64,000 bases of DNA from Seonamhaeicola sp. (GTDB lineage: Bacteria; Bacteroidota; Bacteroidia; Flavobacteriales; Flavobacteriaceae): assembly GCF_028281565.1 (NCBI RefSeq), contig NZ_JANQJQ010000013.1, forward strand, positions 116,846 to 180,845, in the 5' to 3' direction. Position 1 is the first letter of the stretch, and each line of letters begins with the position of its first letter. A model generated the notes under the pieces. It saw only the letters and a program-made list of their open reading frames with translations. It searched no databases and was not told the origin of the DNA. Positions 29,189-36,808 of the stretch are shown here, piece after piece. Both the position numbers and the translations under genes were made by a program.

Positions 29189-29213
29189 GTCACACTGAGC
29201 GCAGTCGAAGTGC
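29189..29213. repeat. naked CTGAG-CGCAG-TCGAAG module (no 8-bp outer stem)
   Basis: GTCACACTGAGCGCAGTCGAAGTGC. Only a 3-4-bp CAC(T)/(A)GTG closure is present. Confidence 0.7.
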
Positions 29214-29232
29214 AATTAGGAATTAGGAGAAT

Positions 29233-29258
29233 AGATTCCCCTTTTCACGAGAATGACA
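29233..29258. repeat. AGATTCCCCTTTTCACGAGAATGACA element
   Basis: Same family as 28962, 55962 and 59867. Confidence 0.65.
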
Positions 29259-29271
29259 AAAAAGGGTTGAT

Positions 29272-29928
29272 TTAAATGCGTTCGGTAAGCCAATTCTTAA
29301 ATTCAAAAAAGTTCTGGGGCGCTACACCATGGCCCACAGGGAATTCCGAATAGCTGTGTTTAATATTCAGGCTTTTTAAAAACGTCGGCGTTTGTCTGGC
29401 CCAATCCACCGGGATCACCTGATCTACACTACCATGAGAGCAATAAAAATCTAAATTGGAGTAATCCTTGTTTGCCAAATCTTTGGGCAGAATATCATGA
29501 TACACATAACCACTCAGGGCCACTATATTTTTAACTTTTTCCGGGTAATTAAAGGCCACACCATAGCTTAAAATGCTACCCTGACTAAACCCAAGGAGCA
29601 TGACATTATCTTTATCCACCGGGTAATTTTCAACGGCTTCATCAATAAATTGAGCGATTAGGTCCCTAGATGCTTCGGCTTGTTCTTTATCATTCCATTT
29701 ACCGCGTTCGGCATCAAAATTTATGGCATACCAGGCATTCCCGAACGGTGCCATTGGATAAGGCGCTCTTACCGAAATGATAAAAAGTGCTTCGGGTAAT
29801 TCGCCGGCAAAAGAGAACAGGTCGTTTTCATCACTGCCATAGCCGTGCATCATGATTAATAACGGTGCATTTTCGGTTAAACTGGAGGGTCTTGTTAAGT
29901 GGAATAAAGAGAGCAAGGCATTTGTCAT
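29272..29928 (-). CDS. alpha/beta hydrolase, phospholipase/carboxylesterase family
   Basis: Nucleophile elbow GFSQGS, with later HGSVDQVIP and GHGV (Asp/His of the triad). Confidence 0.8.
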   Translation of the reverse strand: MTNALLSLFHLTRPSSLTENAPLLIMMHGYGSDENDLFSFAGELPEALFIISVRAPYPMAPFGNAWYAINFDAERGKWNDKEQAEASRDLIAQFIDEAVENYPVDKDNVMLLGFSQGSILSYGVAFNYPEKVKNIVALSGYVYHDILPKDLANKDYSNLDFYCSHGSVDQVIPVDWARQTPTFLKSLNIKHSYSEFPVGHGVAPQNFFEFKNWLTERI

Positions 29929-30261
29929 TTAGCGTCCGATATTTGCAAACCATTTTTGAAATAATTCACCCAACAAAGGTACCGTTTGGGCTTTACCGGC
30001 AATGGCATTTATTAAACCGTAAATAAACAAGATGCTAAAGAACAGGTAAAAACCGGATGTTATGCTCCAACTATCAAAGCCGCTTACTACAAAGCCTAAA
30101 AGGTGGAACATCAACCAAAGCCCTATGGACTGTCTTAAATGAAAACCTGTAAACGGATTCTTTTTATCATTATTTAAAAAATAGGCAATGATAATACCAA
30201 TAAGCGCTAAATAGCTTACTATAGCCAATCCTTTACCTTCTTTAATATCTTGTTCTGTCAT
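29929..30261 (-). CDS. small 3-TM membrane protein (DUF4870-like)
   Basis: 110 aa with three hydrophobic helices. It abuts the esterase start with no gap. Confidence 0.55.
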   Translation of the reverse strand: MTEQDIKEGKGLAIVSYLALIGIIIAYFLNNDKKNPFTGFHLRQSIGLWLMFHLLGFVVSGFDSWSITSGFYLFFSILFIYGLINAIAGKAQTVPLLGELFQKWFANIGR

Positions 30262-30262
30262 T

Positions 30263-31519
30263 TTATTGGTTTAATGATACTTTATTGTTTGCAACAATTC
30301 CATATACGTTTCCTTTTAAGCCGGCACCTTCAAAAATGGTATTTTTTGACCTGGATTTTATATGGCCTCTTTCAAAGGTGTATTTGCTATCCGGATTAAA
30401 AAGTGTGAGGTTCGCTTTATTACCAACTTTTATAGGGCTCTGTTCCAGACCAAAACGTTGCTTTCCTTTAGTAAGCACATCAATGGTTTTCTTTGTTGTG
30501 AAGATGGTTTGTAAGGCTCCGAAAGCACTTTCCAAACCTATGGTACCGTAGTTGGCATGGTCAAACTCAACCTTTTTTTCTTCAATATCGATAGGGGAGT
30601 GATCACTGGTAACCATATCAATAGTCCCGTCCTTAACCCCTTGAATTAAAGCCTCTATATCGTCCCGGGTTCTTAGCGGCGGCAGTACTTTAAAGTTAGA
30701 ATCAAAACTTGTCAGGGACGCATCCGTGAAGTATAAATTATGAATGGCCACACTACAGGAGACATCTAATTTTTTCTTTTTGGCTTCCCGGATCAGCGCC
30801 ACTGATTTAGCCGTTGAGATGGTTGGGATATGTAATTTTCCACCGGTGTATTCCAATAAGAACAGATCACGTGCTACCTGTAATTCCTCGGCTAAAGCCG
30901 GAATGCCTTTTAACCCTAACCGGGTGCTTGTTATGTTTTCGTTCATAACACCCAAACCGGAGATCTTATTTTCCTGTGGGAATGAACAAACCAATCCGTC
31001 AAAATTAGCCGCATACTGAAGGGCGATCTTCATTAGGTTTGGATTGGCAATGGGCTTCTTATAATCGTAAAACGCTACCGCTCCGGCGGTGCTCATATCG
31101 TAAAGTTCGGCAAGGTCTATACCTTTGCTTCCTATAGTTAAAGCACCAATAGGGAGTACCGTTACAGCATTATTAGTTGCTTTGGATGTTATAAAAGTAA
31201 TGTCTGAATTCGTATCTAAGATCGGATTGGTGTTCGGGTTTAATGCAATGGCCGTAAAACCGGAAGCCGCTGCCGCTTTAAGCCCGTTCTTTATGGTTTC
31301 GCGTTCCTCAAAACCGGGTTCTCCAAAACTCACACTACTATCAAACCAACCCTGGGAAATATGGAGGTTTTCCAGCTTTACTTCTTCATACTTATTAGTG
31401 TTTTTAATGCTCTTTGCAATTTTTAAAATCTCGCCATTTTCAATTAATACATCTTGAGTTGCATTGTGAAACTCGCTTTTCGGATCTATTATAGTGGCAG
31501 ATTTTATAAGTATGTTCAT
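30263..31519 (-). CDS. dihydroorotase-like amidohydrolase lacking the canonical metal ligands
   Basis: It aligns by eye with class I DHOases (GEPG...NPNTNP...SDHSP), but the HxH position reads DSSVS. Confidence 0.85.
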   Translation of the reverse strand: MNILIKSATIIDPKSEFHNATQDVLIENGEILKIAKSIKNTNKYEEVKLENLHISQGWFDSSVSFGEPGFEERETIKNGLKAAAASGFTAIALNPNTNPILDTNSDITFITSKATNNAVTVLPIGALTIGSKGIDLAELYDMSTAGAVAFYDYKKPIANPNLMKIALQYAANFDGLVCSFPQENKISGLGVMNENITSTRLGLKGIPALAEELQVARDLFLLEYTGGKLHIPTISTAKSVALIREAKKKKLDVSCSVAIHNLYFTDASLTSFDSNFKVLPPLRTRDDIEALIQGVKDGTIDMVTSDHSPIDIEEKKVEFDHANYGTIGLESAFGALQTIFTTKKTIDVLTKGKQRFGLEQSPIKVGNKANLTLFNPDSKYTFERGHIKSRSKNTIFEGAGLKGNVYGIVANNKVSLNQ

Positions 31520-33441
31520 TTAAAATATTTTAAGATAAGCATTTCAATGATCAGTAATAGCAGTGCAAAAATAACAAACCATTTCCATAAGGCATTAACT
31601 TTTGCATCACTTTTTATAGTATTGAAAACATCAGCTATGGAATTGCTCTTTGATACATTTTCTAAATTTGAAAAGTCCCGGTAAGCTAAATTACTTTCGC
31701 TTCTGTTATAATTATAGCTAACATTTTTAATGGTTTCATTTTTGTTTTTAATGTTATAAATGTTAGCAACATCAGGGGTTTCAGAAGTATTAATGATCAC
31801 TTTATTATTAAAATATTTTTGCCTTGGAATGATGCTAATACCATTATTTACCAGCGATAAAATAGCATCCTGTTGCAATTGGGTCTCTATTTCAAATGCA
31901 TTGTCGTTACCAATGGTATAATATATTTCCGGTGTTTTAAAACTTTGTTTGGCGACGTTATAAAGGGTTGGAACAATTAATGGTGAATTTTTAAAATTAG
32001 AATGATCCTTATTTAAAGCCGAAGTAAAAACGAATACATTTTGATTTTGATACAGGAAAGGTTTACCATCTTCAAAATTTAAGATGGATGAAAAACTATT
32101 TGAAACTACCTCATAAAAACTAGTCACTTTCGGGTATTGAAAGTTAGAGACTTGCTTTTCAAAAACCCCTTTTTTGTACAACGGATGTGAATAGTTTATG
32201 GTTGTGATACGTTTTTCGGACACAATTTGATCACCAAAATTTGAATTGTAACTTGATAACAACAAGTTGTAAGACGGTATATTAATAGCTGCAGAAGGAA
32301 TAATTACTACGGATCCACCTTGTGATGTAAAATGTTTTAAAGCCGAAACCAGGGCATTCGGAATGGAAGCTAATTCGTTTAAAACCACCAGGTGTTGTTG
32401 ATCAATAATATTGTAATTCAAAGCATTATCAGACGTTGAAACCTGGTTAAATTCATCAGTTGTAAAAATACGTTGTAAGAAGGAGTCATCTGCACCATTG
32501 ACTGTCAGAACATTAATTTTCGAACCATTATTGATGTTGAAAAACAAGCTGTTATCAAACTGTAAACTTACGTCGTCAATAGCGAGTTTCCCATTGACCA
32601 CTTCATTAGATGGGAATGAGAACGTAGTTTCTGAGACCTTATCAATTTCAATGGATGTTTTTGCAATCAAATTATCACCATTAAACAGTGATACCGGTAA
32701 ATTATCAATGGGATTGCCACTATTTTTTAAAACGACTTTTAGCTGATGATTTGTAGGTGTGGTTTCAGAAATATAGGCACTGTCAATAGAAACGTTATTA
32801 GCATTTATGGGTTCTAATTTTACTAAATGCAGATTGGTAAGCGAATCTAAATCAGGATTGAAATTAGTACCGCTTTGCTGAAAATCTGAAATGAACACCA
32901 TGTTTTTAAGTGTTCCTTTTTTCTTTCCTAAAAGCGTTTTACTTTTTAAAAAAACTGATTCTAAACCCAATTGATTTGAGGAATATCCAAGTTGAAGCAA
33001 ATCGTTCTTTATAGCTTTTATAGTGGTGTTTTTATAAGTGCCATTATTGGTTAATACTGATATGTTTTCGTTTTCAGGGACATTGGCTACCAAATCTTGT
33101 AAGGCCCGTTTTAGTAACTCGCCTTGACTTCCTTTAGCTTGCATGCTAAAAGAGTTATCAATATATATCACCGTTTCTTTTTCAATGTTAAACGTGTCAT
33201 TTTTCGAAGTAAACGGTTGTGCAAAGGCTATAATAATAGCGGCTAAAAGTAATAACCTGGTGCAAAGGATCAACCACTTTTTTAGTTGTGAACTTTTACG
33301 GGAATTCTGCTTTATTTCTTTTAAAAAAGCAACGTTGGTAAAAGCTTCTTTTTTAAAACGTCTTAATTGAAACAGATGAACAATAATAGGAATAAGCAGT
33401 AAGAATAAAGCGTATAGAAGTTCGGGGTGTTTAAACTGCAT
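31516..33441 (-). CDS. BatA-domain membrane protein
   Basis: N-terminal MQFKHPELLYALFLLLIPIIVHLFQLRR double-TM aerotolerance-type domain and a C-terminal TM segment; 641 aa. Confidence 0.75.
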   Translation of the reverse strand: MQFKHPELLYALFLLLIPIIVHLFQLRRFKKEAFTNVAFLKEIKQNSRKSSQLKKWLILCTRLLLLAAIIIAFAQPFTSKNDTFNIEKETVIYIDNSFSMQAKGSQGELLKRALQDLVANVPENENISVLTNNGTYKNTTIKAIKNDLLQLGYSSNQLGLESVFLKSKTLLGKKKGTLKNMVFISDFQQSGTNFNPDLDSLTNLHLVKLEPINANNVSIDSAYISETTPTNHQLKVVLKNSGNPIDNLPVSLFNGDNLIAKTSIEIDKVSETTFSFPSNEVVNGKLAIDDVSLQFDNSLFFNINNGSKINVLTVNGADDSFLQRIFTTDEFNQVSTSDNALNYNIIDQQHLVVLNELASIPNALVSALKHFTSQGGSVVIIPSAAINIPSYNLLLSSYNSNFGDQIVSEKRITTINYSHPLYKKGVFEKQVSNFQYPKVTSFYEVVSNSFSSILNFEDGKPFLYQNQNVFVFTSALNKDHSNFKNSPLIVPTLYNVAKQSFKTPEIYYTIGNDNAFEIETQLQQDAILSLVNNGISIIPRQKYFNNKVIINTSETPDVANIYNIKNKNETIKNVSYNYNRSESNLAYRDFSNLENVSKSNSIADVFNTIKSDAKVNALWKWFVIFALLLLIIEMLILKYFK

Positions 33442-33600
33442 TCCTTTTTAGGTTTTTCAAATCTACATAATTTTTTCATTTGTAAATATACACAGAGCTA
33501 TGAAAAAATAATACTGAACTTAGCTTGTTTTAGAAAAATAAAGATATGCGAATGATGTTCTTAGGCAATTAAAGATTATAATTTTGTGCAACATGATTTT

Positions 33601-33721
33601 ACACCTCCCTTAATCCCTCCTTTACTTCGACGAAGCTCAGCACAAGGTTAGGAGGGAAACTGTTGCTATAGATATATTGAGTATGAGTGTCCCCACTAAA
33701 AAGAGGGGAGTAAGGGGTGTG
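33601..33721. repeat. composite repeat: TCCCTCCT/AGGAGGGA stem around a CTTCGAC-GAAG-CTCAG module, plus a distal imperfect inverted copy of CACCTCCCTTAATCCC
   Basis: Perfect 8-bp stem at 33614-33621 and 33650-33657. GGGGAGTAAGGGGTGTG at 33705-33721 is about 13/17 complementary to 33602-33618. Confidence 0.75.
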
Positions 33722-33761
33722 TTTTAAAAATAGAATTTTGCAGGAAAATTGAGTAAACTTT

Positions 33762-34769
33762 TCAACAAAAAAATATATAATCTTTAACAGGTTCTAAATT
33801 AAGTTTAGTTAAATACGCTCGTATTTGTTTTTGAGCCTCTTTATTAGCCACTGTAATAAGGCTATGAGCATTTTCAATAGTAGCCAGTGCTTCAAAATTT
33901 AGAAGTTCTTTTCCGTAAATATCCCTGCCAATTTTATTGGGGTTATCACAGATCCATTCAAACGGAATATGTCGTTCTAAAAAGTGTTTGGCCATGAGTT
34001 TTCCCTTGGTCCCGGCACCCCAAATGATCGGTGTTTTGGTTTTGTCATAATCAATATCTAAATAGTGATATACTTTTAACGCTGTAAAATGATTTTGGGC
34101 GTAATGAATATGGGTTCTTGAGGTTCTGGTACTGTAATCCCGCCATTTGTGGATGACGGTATCACAGGGAATACATTTAAATTGATGTTTGTAAAACCTA
34201 AAGGTCAGATCATAATCTTCCGGATACATATTGGGGTTAAAAGCATTGCAGACCATTAAATCGTCTCTATGGACCATCCAGCAAGGAGACGGGATCACAC
34301 ATTCCTTGTATATTTCATCGTAATTGTTTCCTGTTTTCGTCAAGTTATTCAACCAGGTTTCATAGCTTTTATAGCCTTCGCCAACACCTTGTTTGCTAAA
34401 ATATTCAACCAATCCTATAGCAACATGTTGCTTCCCGTGTTTTTTTAAACTGTTTACCAGAATTTCCAATTTATAGGGGAGCATGATGTCATCACTGTCC
34501 ATTCGGGTAATTAATGTGCCCGAACTGGTTTTAAATGCTAATTGAAGGGCGGAAATAATACCTTTGCCTTCATTTTTAAGCAACTTTATTCTCTTGTCTG
34601 TTTCAGCATATTGTTTAACAAGTTGATAACCGGTATCGGTAGAATGATCATCCACAATAAGTAATTCCCAATGCTTGTAAGTCTGATTTAAAATAGAGTC
34701 CAAACATTCACTTAAATAAGCTTCAGTATTTTTAAATGGGGTTAAAATACTTACCAATGGTGTTTGCAT
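33762..34769 (-). CDS. family 2 glycosyltransferase with a C-terminal GxGxxG tail
   Basis: VSILTPFKN start, DDHS and DSDD motifs, then IIWGAGTKGK in the last ~95 aa. Confidence 0.8.
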   Translation of the reverse strand: MQTPLVSILTPFKNTEAYLSECLDSILNQTYKHWELLIVDDHSTDTGYQLVKQYAETDKRIKLLKNEGKGIISALQLAFKTSSGTLITRMDSDDIMLPYKLEILVNSLKKHGKQHVAIGLVEYFSKQGVGEGYKSYETWLNNLTKTGNNYDEIYKECVIPSPCWMVHRDDLMVCNAFNPNMYPEDYDLTFRFYKHQFKCIPCDTVIHKWRDYSTRTSRTHIHYAQNHFTALKVYHYLDIDYDKTKTPIIWGAGTKGKLMAKHFLERHIPFEWICDNPNKIGRDIYGKELLNFEALATIENAHSLITVANKEAQKQIRAYLTKLNLEPVKDYIFFC

Positions 34770-34866
34770 AGGGCGAATATACTATCTTTTAACAAAACCT
34801 TAAGAACGGTAGCCGTAACATAATAGTATTTTGTACGTCGTTTAAAAAACTATAAAAATCAAATGC

Positions 34867-36759
34867 ATGAACAATAGAACTTTTGCCGCAATTTTTACAG
34901 GTATTTTAATGGCAGGTTGTGGCTCCACAAAAAAGTCTACCAATGATTTAGCAATAAATTTGCCCATAGAAACGGCCATAGATTTATCAAGTGTTCAGGA
35001 CGATAAAGTACCGGTAACTATTAATCCCGGTAGGTTTACCGTTGAAACTGTGACATACAGATTGCCAAAAGTAGTACAGGGGACGTATTCGGTTAGTAAT
35101 TTCGGGAAATATGTGGATGATTTTAAAGCGTTTAATTACAAAGGTGAAGCCATGGCAGTCACTAAATTAGACGATAATTCATGGTCTGTTGCAGAAGCTA
35201 AAGATCTGGACAAGATCACCTATTTAGTTAATGATACTTATGATGTTGAAACTGTAGGCGGTATTGGTGAAGATGTACCGTTTTCACCTTCCGGAACTAA
35301 TATTGAACCGGAAAACTATGTGTTGAATTTGCATGGCTTCATAGGCTATTTTGATTCTTTAAAAAACAATCAGTATAAATTAGATGTCACGGCACAGGCA
35401 GATTTTGTCAGAACGTCTGCATTACAAACCGTAGATACAAATACCAGTGAAGATGGTAAAAATATAACGACGAGTTATTTCGCTCCGCGTTATTTTGACA
35501 TCACTGATAACCCGATGATGTATGGGGATTTAGATGTTGAGGAGTTTCAGGTTGGTAGTATTAAAATTGTATTGAGTGTTTACTCTCCGAACAAAGTACA
35601 TTCGGCAAAGTCTCTAAAAGAGACCATCTTTAAAATGATGGAAGCTCAAAAAACGTACATGGGGGACATTAATTCTACGCCTCGTTACGATATATATGTT
35701 TACTTATCGGAAGGAAAAGAAGATTCGCCAAAAGGTTTCGGTGCTTTAGAGCATCATACGTCAACTGTAGTTGTAATGCCTGAAGGTATTCCGGCTGAAG
35801 CCCTTGCCGAAAGTATGATTGACGTGGTATCGCATGAGTTTTTCCATATTGTAACACCATTGAGCGTGCATTCTGAGGATGTACATTACTTTGATTACAA
35901 CAATCCCACGTTTTCAAAACATTTATGGATGTATGAAGGGGTAACAGAGTATTTTGCCACCTTGTTTCAGGTAAACCAGGATTTGGTTGATGAAACAGAG
36001 TTTTACAATAAAATTATGGGTAAAATTCAGCAAGCTTCTCAATTGAATGACGCTATGAGTTTTACTATTATGAGTGAAAATGTATTGAAAGCGCCTTATA
36101 AAGACCAATACCTAAACGTTTATCAAAAAGGTGCTTTAATTGGTATGTGCATTGATATTTTAATGCGCGAAGAAAGTAACGGTAACAGGGGCATTTTGTC
36201 TTTAATGAAAGAATTGTCTAATAAATACGGGAAGAATAAACCATTTGAAGATGATGCATTAATTGATGAAATTGTAGCTATGACCTATCCTTCATTAGGG
36301 GAGTTTTTTAATACGCATGTGGTTGGAGACTTACCAATTAACTACAATGAGTTCTTTGAAAAGGTTGGACTGGAAATAGGTGAGGGACAAGTTGAAACCA
36401 ATTTCATTTTGTTAAATGGCGCTCCCATTGTTAGCGGAGACGGACAAAAAGGCACCATCTTTTTTATTGAAACCGCATTGGAAAACAGTTTCTGGAAAGG
36501 ACAAGGTGTACAGGCTAATGACGTGATAAAAACCATAAACGGAACAGCTTTAACCCTTCAAAATGCTAACCAGGTTTTGCAGGGAGTATTTATGTGGAAA
36601 CCCGGTAAGGACATAGAAGTTGTGTTGGATAGAAATGGGGAAGAAGTAGTTATTAAAACAACCACTACACAACCTTATACAACCGGAAGGGCTCTTAAAG
36701 AAAAAGCCGACGCTACCGATGCTCAAAAAGCATTGAGAAAGGCTTGGTTAAAAGGATAA
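34867..36759 (+). CDS. M61-like zinc metallopeptidase lipoprotein with C-terminal PDZ-like domain
   Basis: Lipobox MAGC, HEFFH and LWMYEGVTEYF (gluzincin third ligand), and a PDZ-like VQANDVIKTINGTAL. Confidence 0.7.
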   Translation: MNNRTFAAIFTGILMAGCGSTKKSTNDLAINLPIETAIDLSSVQDDKVPVTINPGRFTVETVTYRLPKVVQGTYSVSNFGKYVDDFKAFNYKGEAMAVTKLDDNSWSVAEAKDLDKITYLVNDTYDVETVGGIGEDVPFSPSGTNIEPENYVLNLHGFIGYFDSLKNNQYKLDVTAQADFVRTSALQTVDTNTSEDGKNITTSYFAPRYFDITDNPMMYGDLDVEEFQVGSIKIVLSVYSPNKVHSAKSLKETIFKMMEAQKTYMGDINSTPRYDIYVYLSEGKEDSPKGFGALEHHTSTVVVMPEGIPAEALAESMIDVVSHEFFHIVTPLSVHSEDVHYFDYNNPTFSKHLWMYEGVTEYFATLFQVNQDLVDETEFYNKIMGKIQQASQLNDAMSFTIMSENVLKAPYKDQYLNVYQKGALIGMCIDILMREESNGNRGILSLMKELSNKYGKNKPFEDDALIDEIVAMTYPSLGEFFNTHVVGDLPINYNEFFEKVGLEIGEGQVETNFILLNGAPIVSGDGQKGTIFFIETALENSFWKGQGVQANDVIKTINGTALTLQNANQVLQGVFMWKPGKDIEVVLDRNGEEVVIKTTTTQPYTTGRALKEKADATDAQKALRKAWLKG

Positions 36760-36778
36760 ATGAATTTTATTTGGAACT

Positions 36779-36806
36779 AAAAAGCGGGTTAAACCCGCTT
36801 TTTTTT
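36779..36806. terminator. bidirectional intrinsic terminator between convergent genes
   Basis: AAAAGCGGGTTAAACCCGCTTTTTTTT: a GC stem flanked by an A-run and a T-run. Confidence 0.8.
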
Positions 36807-36808
36807 GT

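Noticed and set aside
28924-29271. CRISPR-like array, because of multiple short palindromic repeats
   Set aside because: The repeated units belong to several different families with different lengths and irregular spacing. There are no constant-length direct repeats separated by unique spacers, and no cas genes anywhere in the window. The same applies to 22328-22606, 46768-47189 and 61002-61416.
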